Source: Squalus acanthias (taxonomy: Eukaryota). From it: a DNA stretch of 64,000 bases. The translations under genes and the position numbers were made by a program. Where the stretch lies: NCBI GenBank assembly GCA_030390025.1, contig CM059438.1:23932001-23996000 (forward strand). Direction: 5' to 3'. This document shows, piece by piece, positions 51,586 through 64,000 of the stretch. The stretch's first letter is position 1, and the number at the start of each line of letters is the position of its first letter. The notes beneath the pieces are model-generated. The model had not been told where the DNA came from. It saw only the letters and a list, made by a program, of their open reading frames with translations, and made no database searches.

Positions 51586-51787
51586 GTTAGAGAAGTTGGT
51601 TGCAAAAGATAAATGAGATAAAAGAGGAAGAGAAATACACAAAAAACAAGCAGTTAAGAACAGGACCCTCTCACCATCTGATATCTGTACATATTGTTCT
51701 TGGAAGTTTCTGTGTTTGGTGTCAATATAAGCTAGTAAACATGGGATTGAACAATGTAATCATAATGATGGCCAAACATTACACTTT

Positions 51788-52055
51788 GTTCACTGACCTA
51801 CATTGCTTCCCAGTCCACCAACACCTTAAATTTCAAATTTTCATCCGTGTGTTCAAATCCCTCCATGGCCTCGCCCCTCCCTGTCTCTATAACCTCCTCC
51901 AGCTCTACAACCCTTTGAGAACTCTGCATTCCTCCAACTCCGGCTTCTTACACATCCCCCACTCCCTTCGCCCCACCATTGACAGCCATGCCTTCAGCCA
52001 TCTAGGCCTTAAACTCTGGAATTCCCTCCCTAAACCCCTCTGTCCTCCTTTAAGA
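51788..52055 (+). mobile_element. L2 LINE ORF2 C-terminal fragment
   Basis: LHCFPVHQHLKFQIFIRVFKSLHGLAPPCL...AFSHLGLKLWNSLP. Confidence 0.9.
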
Positions 52056-55009
52056 CCCTTAGATTTATAAAAGTTGTGTGCAAAAGCATGACAAGGCAGC
52101 AAATGTGCATTCATGCTTAACAGGAGCTGAGCCACAGTACAATGTACAATCTGAAATCTTTGCATATTAAGGTTTGAAGCAGATACATTTACATAAACAG
52201 CCCATGTGTAAAAATGACTGCAATAATAAATAACAGAGCCTGCACGCTGTACTGTAATTCAGTGGGGTTGTGAACACATCCTTGCAGCCAGCAGTTTGGG
52301 GGAAATATTAATTCTCAACTTAACTCCTGAGTAACACAGTCAGTTCCTGTTAAATGCACAACCCGTTTCCACAAAACTGTTCTCGCTTATCAGCAGTGTT
52401 GGCGTCACACTTTCCAAACTGGGTTAACGTTTATTCACTCATGGTCAAACACTGGGTAAACTCTGGTTAATATATATATAAACATTAACCAATCATTTTG
52501 CTTTGGATGTTTACACAGTTTTCCAGGATGCGTAGGTACGCTTTTCTGCAGTGATTTATTTGTCACACAACCGTCCCTGTCACCTTGATGTGTGGTGTAC
52601 TTCAGGGGTGAAAAGCTTGCCTCACTCAGAATCTGGACTCGCTCCCACTAATTCTGTTGAACCTTTTGTACTCTGGGAGGTTTTTTTTTAAAGTGCCTGA
52701 GCTGATCAAAGGATAAGGTGAAAAATGGAAAATGAAATACTGAAATGAAAATGAATTAATTTTCTGTTGCCCAATTTCTCACACACTTTCAATTTTCATG
52801 AAAGATTCTCCAAATTGCCAACAGTTTCATTGCATTAATTCTGAAACTTGCAGTGATTTAGTATACAGTGTTGAAAGCTCCTTTATTAGGGCTTGCATCA
52901 GTAGGTTTTGATCAATAAAATCCAAATGTATAAAGCTCTGCGAAAATGTTTGGGTTTTTTTCGATTTAAAATCAACAAAACTACAATACTCCAAACTCAT
53001 TCTCCGTCCCCCATCCCAACGGAACATTACTGGCGACTGCTTATTGAGACAAAACATCATAAGTTCATTCATTAAAACACACAGACAGCATCCGAGAAGT
53101 GAGTCTGTTTCTCCTGTGGCCTTTTCCCCCCCCCACAGACAAAGATTCATTTTCTTGATGAAAACTAGAATAAAAAGACAACAAGCACAAAGAAAATGCA
53201 GCAGGTTTAGAATTTTCAGCTTGAAACCACATTTCTGACCAGGCATTGAGGTGGCATTTTCCCCTCATCTGTAATACACGGTGGAAATGAACCCAATTCC
53301 TCCCCATGCTCCTAGTCCTCAGCTGGTCTCATTCAGTTTTATTACAATTGTCTGTTTATTGAATCGTCAGGCCTGAATGAGTCACATTCCAGACTTCATA
53401 TATTGGCATGTCTGGCTATGCAGAAGGTGCAATTTGGGCTCTAAATATGTTCAAATGTGTAATCTTCACAAAAAGGAATACTCACTCATTGCAATAAGAG
53501 CAGACAGCACACATTATCTAGTTAACAGCAGTGAACAGAATAGGTGCATATAGAAAACAGGTTGAGATTTTTAATTCCTATTCAATTCACAGAGATAGTC
53601 AATTAAACAGAATCAATCCGTACACTATACCTGTGTTTACAGAATATTGATGATGCATTTTTAAACAGATCATGACAACATTTTAAAGAATTAATTCAAT
53701 GCTGGCAGTAATGGCTGGCTCGGCCTTCAGAGAGAGATGGAGTATGGCACTCAACCTGAAATGTCAACGGTGCCATGCGCTCAATAGTCACTACAGCAGA
53801 CAAAACAAAAGTGCAGATTTCGCCCCTTGACCTGTTGAGGATATGAGGCATATCCTGCACACTGGGAAATTAGTGCTTACACATCACTCATGTCTAAAAA
53901 ACAGTACGGAATAATCATCGATACGTCATGGTTGACTTCCTGAAGCATGACTGGCTAAAGAGTAAAGATGAATGCACTTGGTCTCACACTTAAGGGAAGT
54001 TATTTCTTTGCAGACTAATGTTGAATGATCCATGGTGTTGACTAAAGCAATAATAATCAAAAGATGCGAGGTAGTGGACTACAGGTTAATAAGAAAGGCG
54101 CCACACATCACTCCCACTGGTGCTGCGCTAATCAGAATGAAAACTGGTAGGACCACCGCGCGCACTCTCAAATATTCTGTCTCTCTCCAGGAGAGATCCC
54201 ACTGATTACATTTCTCCAAGACAAACAGACAAAATATTCCAAATAACATTCCACAAAAGTACACAGAGTGGCCCGTGTTTTTGTAAATTAGTGAATTACG
54301 CCCATCAGGATTATTTAGACAAGGAGAAACAGTCATTAATCACCAATTAACATGCACCTTTTTTGTGACTGCTCAAATTACAAACCGCTCTATTCACAAC
54401 AAAGACAGCAGCCTAGGAAACACCACGGTGCTTAAAGCTACTCAACCTCACAATTTTCAGTTATTTTTATACTGTGCTCAGAAAGATCACGAATGTACAG
54501 CTCCCTTAATTGACTAACATCAGAACTAGAGACTTTTATCCAATTAAGCAGTGTCCACTGAGACAAAAGGTGCGTCAACCTCTCACAGCTTTTCCTGAAT
54601 GTAAACACTTCAATCTCTCTTCTCAGGCTTTTATTTCTAACAAATGCAAAGTAGATCACACACACACACCAAAAAAAAATCCTGAAATTATGAAACGTTT
54701 TCTTCAGTGTTGAATTTATTACTGTACTTTGGTACTTTTATCTCCCAAATGGTGCCTTCTGCTGTCCTATCTGTCTGATCAATAGGGAATTTGATGGCTG
54801 TTGATGAGATCAGCAGACCAGACATGATGAAAGAAAATGGGAAAATAAAGGCAAACTTTAGTGCAAGTGTTTCCCAAGCCAACTAAATGGCTAATGTCTC
54901 AATATGAAAAAAATTGAAGAAAAGTTAATACTCAATGAAAAAATGTATGTGAAAAACTACAATTTAGCACATCCCCCCCACCCCCCCCAAATTTTTTTTT
55001 CCCGCATTC

Positions 55010-55290
55010 CACTCCTCCTCTCCTGGCTCTTGCTGGGGTATAGCTCCATAAGCACCCGCAGTCCTCCAGTACCTCATCCAAATAGCCATTCTTTGTGGGC
55101 GTTAGCCTAGACAACGAGTGTCAGCAAGCTATTACTATCCTCACCCAATGTACATGCCTGTGTATGTTCCAGCTGGAGTCATGGATAGCAACTAAGAGCT
55201 GACTCCCAGCCCAGATGTGCGGAGTGTAGTATTTAGTCATGGACCAGGAATCCAACCTGGGACCTTCTGGCCTCTATGACGGCGCTACAG
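55010..55290 (-). mobile_element. AmnSINE2-like SINE
   Basis: gcctagacaacgagtgtcagcaagctatt and gaccaggaatccaacctgggaccttctgg are reverse complements of family blocks. Confidence 0.6.
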
Positions 55291-55329
55291 TGGGAAATTA
55301 TATTGAAGCATTTTTACGAGAAATATAGA

Positions 55330-55640
55330 AAGCTGTACAGGTCAGGAAGATCCCAATTAAGCGAAGGTAGATGCCCACAGCTTGGACTGCTACCACTGAC
55401 CACACTGCCCCATCATAAAGGGAGGTAAAAATCTGCCAGGGTTCCCACTCCTGACTGCTGTCCAGTGACTCCAGCTGGAAGTGCATGTGTGTGAATATCA
55501 GGCAAGGATGGCAACAGGCTTGGCTGTGATCTCACTTGTGGTTCCAACAGCCTGCCAAGATTGATGGTCAAGGCTCACAGATGAAAAATGGCCACTTGAG
55601 CATGGTATTGGGGGTGGGGGAGGTAAGAGAACCTTGTGCT
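55330..55640 (+). mobile_element. AmnSINE2-like SINE
   Basis: gccagggttcccactcctgactgctgtccagtgac...ggctgtgat...ggctcacagatgaaaaatggccacttg. Confidence 0.65.
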
Positions 55641-58600
55641 CGTCTATCAGTCCCCACAACTAAAACCCAAAGCCCCATCCTGTGCCACCCAAACAACTTG
55701 TTTCAGCAATGCATCACAGGGCTGATGGCTTCTTTATAGGTCTCCAACTCAATAAAGTACCTTGTTGAAAATTCATTGTTATCCGCTGTGCAACACTTAG
55801 TGCCTGTAGCACTGGACTGAATAGTAAGCACAGCCTTTATTTCCACACAACAGTCACTGATGGATTTGAACAGTTTTATTTTTGTATTAAAGGCTCATAT
55901 TGAGTCACTAAGTTAACAGTTCACACTGGCTCCATGACTCACTGGTAAATCAAATTCTTTCTGGTGCTGTCACAGTCCCATAAACTGTATTCCTTAATCT
56001 CCTATTTAGGGACTATTTAAGATGATGACCATCAACCTCTGGATAGACAAGACCTCACACAACATAAAAGCGTCATTTCAGATCTCCTTTACCTAACGGA
56101 GTTGTCTCCAGTGACGAAAACATCATCAGAGGCAACCCTGTTATGTAAAAAACCCGATACCAGTGCCCCAGGGACAACAAACCTCCCATTAGAAGGGGTT
56201 TCACTGGGAGCCCCCGATGAGAAAGTGCCACAAACAACAAAGGTAAACAGCTGCTGAAACCGTCAACCCATCTGTACAAGCCAGCAGTATTTGTTTCCAC
56301 AATAGCTGCCCTTTATAGACCTCACCCCCAGTACCAGGGAAGGTCCCTCCCAATCAGAAGCACAAAATCGCAGCTATGGTTTGGTGCTATCTCTGCAAGT
56401 GCAAAACTTATCCATGACAGTGGTTCTGTTGTTGCCGAACCCACCCTACACTACAGCGTAAACGGAGCAGATTCAGGAGCAAGAGAATCAGCACAATCAC
56501 GCAGCTACTTGCGTTGAAATAAAAATGGGTTATAAAACTTTCAGCCACTCAACAGTTCACATTAAGATCCCTGAATTAAAAAAAGATTTGAAACTTATTC
56601 AAATCATGTCGAATAATTTATTTATTATTCAGATAATAAATTATGATTTGCATTTCCAAGCTGAACATAACTGAACTCATTTAGAATTCATGGGTCATCT
56701 GGTCAGCCTCACCCGTGGAAATAAAAGTCAGATTCCAAAAATGGTCGTGACATACAATCTATACATCACTGTAAAAAAACTTTTTTTAATAATCTATATT
56801 ATTTTTCAGGACAGTAACATTTTGATGAGTGCTAAAAATCTGTAACATAAAAATCATGGGATGCAGTCGCTTTAAGCACTGTTTCACTCTAATCATTACC
56901 AAAATAAACTAAATCTGCCAGTTAGTTCATTTTGTTGCAAAATAAAAACAGACAAACATTTACATAGCACTGGTAATACAATAAGTCTTCTCAGGGGAAA
57001 ATAGCTCTCTGCATAAAACCTTCCGAGCTCCATTCCTGATTACAGGTTATAGACTTCAAAAGATCAGTGTCACCTTCAGAGGATCTGCTCAAAAGTTAAT
57101 GCCTCTCAGCTTTGTTAAACACAACCCAAAACATTAAAGGTAGAAAATAATTAACAGGTTGGATATCTATCTTAACTGAAGATTTTCAAGCTTCGCTTGT
57201 CAGATGATCACTTAATAGTATTAGCGTTTTAAGTTGAGAACAGACAATGTGGAGCATTGTGAAATTCAGTCTCTCTCTCACAAAAGAATAAAAGAGCACA
57301 TTACTGTTGGTCAGTAATAGCAAATCAACACGAAATGCATTTGTATGACATTCTTCATACATTGTTTAAGAGGCAGTAACCCATTTCAGATAATCTCTGC
57401 TAAAATATCAGCCATCAGAATGTCATACAAACATGTTAAGCGTTTGTCCGCCGGTATCACCAGCAGTAATTTCTAGACTATAATGTGCAGTTAATAAAAG
57501 TGACGTACAACATTCCTTCTTACAATTAACAAACTGATTATTCTTTTGCTTCCCATTATATATTCTCCTTACATAAATGTGGCTAATTTTGTTTGGATTA
57601 AAGCTAACTTGTGTTTTTAAATTTTGATGTAATGACAATCATCACATTTGCCGAGGGTGTTTAAGTCCTCTCATTACACACGAGCATTCTTTTGCTTCTC
57701 CCTTCACATTATGGTGAAGCACCAGCTTGAAGGTCCGTTAGGTGAAGATAAAGAATTACATGCAAGGGGCTGTTTTGGACCCAAACAATCTTTCTTTCAC
57801 CAGTGAGTCACGGCTAGTCTAAATCAAATGCATCAGATTCGCCACCATCCATAAAGACAATCTGATCTTGCCACAAACAGGATAGCATACACAGAGTAAA
57901 TACAGACCAAAACGGTCAAATACTCCACAGGACATGGGGACATGGGGACATGGCTCCTCTGCTGTTGGAACGAGATTGGGGGATGGAACGGTGAAATATG
58001 GTGTGCACCCACCCAGGGTTAAGTGGTAGTTGTAGATATTCTGGAGTTTGCTTGATTATTTTTAGGGATCAAAACTTTCCCTTGGGGGATTAAATAGGTG
58101 AGACACAGCCTGTGATTAAATAGGTGGGGCAGGGAGGACTGTACATGGCCATTGGAAGAAATGGGTTTGATGAAGCGAATGCCCTTTTCTCATTCCACCT
58201 TGTAACGTTTTTAAACAGGACTCAAGTGCTGCACAACTCCTTAGAATACGGCAGAGTTAATTTGCAATTGAGAGGAATAAATTGCTCCGGCAGTAATTTG
58301 TTACCACACCAGCAATAAATTTCACATGCTGGAGTGAAGTAACATCTTTTAGTAACAGAAGAATACTTGAGCACCTGTTTGGTTTAATAATAATTCACAA
58401 AATGTTGGACATACAACACACAGCTGCAGGCAACTATCAAACAGTGCAGTCTTTGTTTGGCTCGAGAAAATAAATAACTAAAAACAGTAGAAAATGGGTT
58501 GATTGTACTTGCATCAATCTCGGAAGTGTATCTGCGTGGGGTTACTGTAACTTTTCTAAGTTCATTCATCATTATATTACTGCAAATCTCATTGTAATCC

Positions 58601-59139
58601 ATTCGAACTGAACGAACCAGTAAAAAACAACCCCATAGAAATTCCTTGTATAATGCATTCATTATTCTATTAGCACTTCCTCTGAACCATGTGGAATTTA
58701 CACATCAAAATTAATTAATTACAAATCCCTCAAATAAACAGTTATTTTTTTTCCCACTTTTAGCATGAATCCCTGAATGGCTGTATTCAAAATCCGGTTA
58801 ATAAATGAGGCAAGCAACCGACAGTCAGTTTGTTTGAACGGAAAAAATATAGAAAGTGGCTTTTGAATCAAGTGGTCACTTCATACTACACAGGTGAAGC
58901 TGCTGTTAAAAAGGGCAGAGCACAAGCAGGGCACCTTTTACACTCTTCTTTAAAATGCTAAATTTTATAATAGAAAAATAGAGAACTCTTTATATGCACT
59001 GTGAGAAAACTACACCTATTGACCGGGAAACTAGCCACAAGAGGATGTGATCGTAACTCTTAGCTTTCAGTCTATGTTGATCAGCATTAAAACAAACTAC
59101 AAGCAGAAAGGATTCCAATTCAATGTGCCCTCCTTAATG

Positions 59140-59592
59140 TCGGCTGTGGCTCAGTGGTAGCTTCTGAGCCAGAAGTTTGGGGGTTGAAGTCCCACTTCGG
59201 GAACCTGAGCACAAAATCTAGGCTAACACTCCAGTGCAGTACTGAGGGAGTGCTGCACTCTCGGAGGTGCCGTCTTTCGGATGAGACGTTAAACCGAAGC
59301 CCCGTCTGCCCTCTCAGATGGATGTAAAAGATCCCATGGCACTATTCATAGAAGAACAGGGGAGTTCTCCCTGGTGTCCTGGCCAATATTTATCCCTCAA
59401 CCATCATCACTAAAACAGATTATCTGGTCATTTATTTCATTGCTGTTTGTGAGAGCTTGCGGTGCTCAAATTGGCTGCCGGGTTTCCTACATTACAACAG
59501 TGACTACACTTCAAAAATCTTCAGTGATTGGCTGTAAAGCGGTTTGGGACGTCCTGAGGGCGTGAAAGGCACTATATAATTGCAAGTCTATT
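59140..59592 (+). mobile_element. Deu-domain SINE (SacSINE1-like), near full length
   Basis: tRNA head gtggctcagtggtagc...ggttgaagtcccact, Deu core cagtactgagggagtgctgcact...gtctttcggatgagacgttaaaccg, and an L2-type tail. Confidence 0.92.
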
Positions 59593-60265
59593 TTTCATTC
59601 CCCAAATGAATAGGTTCTCCATCCCAAAGAATGTCTCCCTGAAGGATATCAATTGCAGAGTGACAGCCCACTTGGAGATCGGTCTGAATAATGAGGAAGG
59701 ATGTCTCTCCCACCGAGAAAGCCCGTGTGGGGCACACCAGACTACAGCGGAAGAAGCCAGTGCACAAACTCCTGGGGACACTGGGATTCAAACTCCCTCT
59801 TTCCTCTTTAAATGGAGAAAAGGTGAGAGTGGGTTCCACGTTAACAGCTGCAACGAAGACTGCAATTTCTCTTACAAGTCAGATGCATTTGCAAAACATT
59901 TTGCTGCTGTTTGCAGTTAATCTTTTAAAACAAGCATGTTCATAAAAGTATTTTTTGTGCTTCTTCTGTTCAAGGATCTAGTTAAGCAACAATTTAAAAA
60001 CTGGCAGTCACTCACTGAATTAATAGCTTTAGAGTGCAAATGCGAGTTGAATTAGTGCAAAAGGAACTGAGTAATTCAGATACTATTTATAACTATAAAT
60101 CTGCAAATAGAGAACTCTAAATAAATAATCCAAATTCTCTAAACGCAGGATTCCGGACAGTACGACATGATCAGGTTCCACAATCACACTTGCAGTGGTG
60201 AATTTACACTAATACACTCACCCGGCTGGCCCGTCAAGTGGTCTTTACACAACTTACTTTCAATA

Positions 60266-60396
60266 TAATGATGACAGGTCATCGACCTGAAACGTTAACT
60301 GTTTCTCTCCCCACAGATGCTGCCTGACCTGCTGAGAGTTTCCAGCATTTTCTGGTTTTATTTCAGATTTCCAGCATCCGCGGTATTTCGCTTTTG
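60266..60396 (+). mobile_element. Short Penelope-derived insert beginning inside the hammerhead core
   Basis: tgatgacaggtcatcgacctgaaacgttaact...cagatgctgcctgacctgctgag; exact TSD ttactttcaata at 60254-60265 and 60397-60408. Confidence 0.85.
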
Positions 60397-60637
60397 TTAC
60401 TTTCAATACGAGTGTTTTTCACGTTCGCGGAAAAAATGGCAAAAAAAAAAGAAAAAACCCCACACATTACACATCTGCCAATATCCAGCATTCTGGATTA
60501 ACATTAATTTTTTTGACATTTTTTCCCAGATATATTTTAAAACAAAACCCCATTTAACTTGATTGAAGGCAGTTCTCCTCTTAAATCAACCATTTGCCAG
60601 TTTCTCTGCTTTACTATGGCCCATGCTAGATTGATTA

Positions 60638-60880
60638 AACAACAACTTGCATTTATATTGCACCTTTAACAAAATAAAGGCATATCAAATACATGAGTTT
60701 TAAGAGGCTTTGGAAGATGTGGAAAAATGTAGCAAGGAGGATAGTAAAGCGGAGGGAGGGGGGAATGCACATTGATTCAGAGAAAGTAGAAGCTGCGAGT
60801 GGGGATGTTCGACTACGGTGCAGCAGATGTAGCATGGAAACTGAAGTGAAGGACAGCTCTGTGGTACAGCTGAGCTGACA
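60638..60880 (-). mobile_element. L2 LINE 3' end, diverged
   Basis: aacaacaacttgcatttatattgcacctttaac...gagttttaagaggcttt. Confidence 0.6.
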
Positions 60881-62261
60881 GAATGATGAAATGCCAACTC
60901 AGGAGATCGAGCCTCAACTACTGCCTGCACTCGCACTTAGCAAGCTTCATGCCTGTTTACAGCCAGGGTCCTTGCTGAAATGTTCGTTCATCCCCAGGAG
61001 GAAGAAACTGGCTGGATTAGTTGGGTTTCACAGAAGCAAAACTCCTACCAGCTGATCAAGACAAGAGTGTGGGCAGCAATCATGGGGAAGCATGCAGCTA
61101 TCCCTTCTGTTAAAGGAGGAACAACTTCAGTGGTGGGAGGCAACAGTGAGAGTCTAAAAAAGATTAAAGACTGAGAAAAATATAAATGGAAAAAATAGTA
61201 AAATGCCTAAAGCTCCACTTTCATCATCTTCCATCCTATCTGAAGTCCTGTTAAACACAATTGTTTTATTGCGCTTCATTTTTTTTAATACAACAACCAC
61301 AATAAGAGCCAGAGCACAGCAGCACATGAGGCAACCCATTTCTTCCACTGCTTTCTTTTTACATCCAACAGATCGTGCTCTGGGTTCTTCCCATAACAAA
61401 GACCCTTTCTACGTAGACAGGTCGTTAACCCGACACTCAACTCCCTACCAGGAGGGCCAGAGAGATACAATGGGGGAATCGCCACTCCACTCCCATCGGA
61501 TGTGAGCACACCGATGGATGTCAATCCAGTATCCAGCAACCGAAGAGTAGCTCAGTAAAATGTACTTCCTTGAAGATGTAAAACTTGTAGTTAAGACATG
61601 TAGACTGTTTGACTGAAGTCCTAGGAAGCTGCTGCTTTACCCTGGATAGTGCTAATACAACTGTTGCATAAACAGAGCTTCAGAATAGCAGCAAATATTT
61701 TGTCTGGAATAAATATTGACCGCCACTACTGCATAATGCTTTGTGATGCTCCTTTATCTAACATCCAACTACCAAATTCTTTTTCCTACCCACACAAGTC
61801 GCATTTCTCATCAGTTTTGATGGCACCCTAGCAGCCGCTATCAAAACAAAGTTAATTGTCTGAACAGTAAAATATTGTTAAAATAACGCGCAATCAGAAG
61901 AAATTTCTTTCATTTGTTGTAATACTTGGACAGATTTCTATCCTTATATAAACCTTTAAATCAATTAGTGAAGACGAAAATACATATACTTAAAAAACAT
62001 CAGAAACAATACAACAGTCTGGTCCTGGTGCAATACTGTTTAAAATAAGCATGATGTTGAATCTGGATTTCTTAAGTATGAATTAGAAATATCAGGGAGA
62101 GACAGATCTGATTATTTTCACAACACCACAAATTAAATGACCCTAATTTAACAACTGAATTAAACCCACGCATTTCAAATGAGTGGAAAGAACAATCTTA
62201 CTCTGTCTGCACAACAACCTTATTAAAATATAAATTTATAGCAAGAGTTCTTCCAATGGGT

Positions 62262-62615
62262 TGTGGATAAAGGCAAAGCCCAGTGTAGCAATAAGCCACA
62301 CAGACCAAAAGGTCGCCAGGTTCAACTCCCAGTTTCACTGAGTTAGTTGATCACAGCCAGGGCAGCAGTGGGGATGCTACAATTGGTCGGAGTGCCCCTG
62401 AATTAGAGGAGCCAAGGTTCCCATTCCTGATCACTGTCCACTGATCACTGCAGGGAAGTAGGCATTGGGATAAACTGCAATGTCCTGCCTGGTCAAACAG
62501 CCTGTCAGCACTCACTATCTAGGCTCGTGTGAAGAGTACCGGAGGGCTCTGTGTAACTGTACCCTAGCAACAGCCAGAGCCTTCAGGAGACAGATGGTGT
62601 GGGAGAAAATTGATA
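62262..62615 (+). mobile_element. AmnSINE2-like SINE
   Basis: agccacacagacc...ccaggttcaactcc...ctgagttagttgatcacagccagggcagcagtggggatgctacaattgg...gcactcactatctaggctc. Confidence 0.7.
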
Positions 62616-62810
62616 GAACTACATTTATAGCAATTCACTTGTTTGATCTCCACCTCCCCTCTTACCCCACCCTCATACATAAATGAATCTTTGGGTGAGA
62701 GATCGGACACCGAACTAGCTCCTAGGCCTCTGCCACACTGAAACTGACCATCAGCAGATACACAAGAAAAACCCAGAAGAATCACCACCCAACTATTCCC
62801 TCCCGAGAGG

Positions 62811-63800
62811 AACATACGAACAGGAGTAGACCATTCAGCCCCCCACCCCTGAAGCCTGTTCTGCCATTCTATTAGATCATGACTGATCTGTACCTCAAGT
62901 CCAATTACCCACCTTTTCTCCACTTACCTTAATATCCTTACCCAACAACTTCTATCAATCTCAGTCTTGGAAATTAACCCAGCATCCACAGTCTTTTGGG
63001 AGAGAGTTCCTGATTTCACTCTTGACTGGCCTATCTCTAATTTTACTATATTCTGGATTCGCCCACTAAAGGAAATAGTTTCTCTGTATCTACCCTATCA
63101 TTTTAAACATCTCAATTAGCTCACCCCTCAACCTCCTAAGCTCAAGGGAATCAAAACCAAGTTTATGCAACCTCATAATTCAACCCTTTAAGCCCCAGTA
63201 TCATTCTGATGAATCTGCACTGCACCCCCTCCAATACCAATATATCTTTCCTGAAGTGCGGTGCCCAAAACTGAACACAGTGCTCAGATGGGGTTTGAGC
63301 AAGGCTCTGTATAACTGAATCTTAATTTCCTCCCCTTTGTAATCCAGCTCCCTTGAGATAGGGGCCAACATTCCATTAGCCTTTTTGATTGCTTTTCATA
63401 TCTGTGCACTAGGGTTTTAGTGATTTAAGAACATGGACATCTAAATCCCTTTGCACCTCCACAGCGCCGAGTCACTCCCCATTAAGAAAAATATTCTGAT
63501 TTGTCTTTCTCAAATCCAAAGTGGATGGCTTCACACTTCCCCACAATGAACTCCATCTGCCATAGTTTTGCCCACTCACATCTACACAATTTACTGTGCC
63601 TTCTAAGTTAACGTTATCTATAAACTTGAATATGCAACTCTCTATTCCTTCATCCAAGTCATTAATATATGGTGAAAATCTGAGGCCCAAGTACAGAACC
63701 CTGGGGAACACCACTTGTCAATTCCCACCAATCAGAGAATGTTCCTTTTGTCAGTACTCTATCTCCTACCTCGCAACTAATTACCGACCCACTTAACATG
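62811..63800 (-). mobile_element. CR1 LINE RT and 3' end, diverged
   Basis: YINDLDEGIESCIFKFIDNVNLEG on the minus strand; 3' UTR reverse complement caggagtagaccattcagccc at ~62821. Confidence 0.9.
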
Positions 63801-64000
63801 CTCCCGCATACTGATTTTAAAAAAGCATTTTCTCCAGTGATAGCACTGTTTCCTTGGTGTAGCTGATATGTTTTTTGGAAGTTAGGATGGGGAAGGGCCT
63901 CTCTGCGAGTGTGTCAATATTTGCAGGGGTCCCCCACATAGAAAAGTATGAAAACTACTATCAGGAAGTGTCTGACCTCTGCATCTTTCCTGATGACCAA

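Noticed and set aside
56082-56242. 161-nt plus-strand exon candidate (DLLYLTELSPV...PQTTK)
   Set aside because: Weak pyrimidine tract, no recognisable domain, and a phase that does not chain into the long frame of 59614.
1-64000. CRISPR array, operon or other prokaryotic system
   Set aside because: No repeat-spacer periodicity and very low coding density; the content is vertebrate SINE, LINE and DNA-transposon sequence.

Overview
This is repeat-rich, mostly non-coding vertebrate DNA, most likely from a cartilaginous fish (shark). The assignment rests on an HE1-type V-SINE, SacSINE1-like Deu-domain SINEs and CR1 LINEs with (ATTCTATG)n tails. No intact, recognisable host protein-coding gene is visible; every ORF with a recognisable motif is transposon-derived. 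The main structures are: (1) three decayed PIF/Harbinger DNA transposons with a spliced Myb/SANT gene convergent with a DDE transposase, two of them with both TIRs and a conserved CRE+TATA internal promoter; (2) two long CR1 ORF2 remnants plus many CR1/L2 3' ends; (3) two TSD-flanked Penelope-derived inserts, one with a minimal hammerhead ribozyme core on the minus strand; (4) LF-SINE-like and AmnSINE2-like ancient SINEs, including a three-level nest and two head-to-head pairs; (5) several fold-back MITEs. Between the repeats are enhancer/promoter-like motif clusters and a few short exons with good splice sites, suggesting the window lies in large introns of an unidentified gene. Repeat family names come from recalled consensus resemblance, not database searches. 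Boundaries are approximate unless TIR/TSD coordinates are given. I found no convincing wholly new system; the ribozyme-bearing Penelope inserts and the Harbinger deletion series are the best leads.
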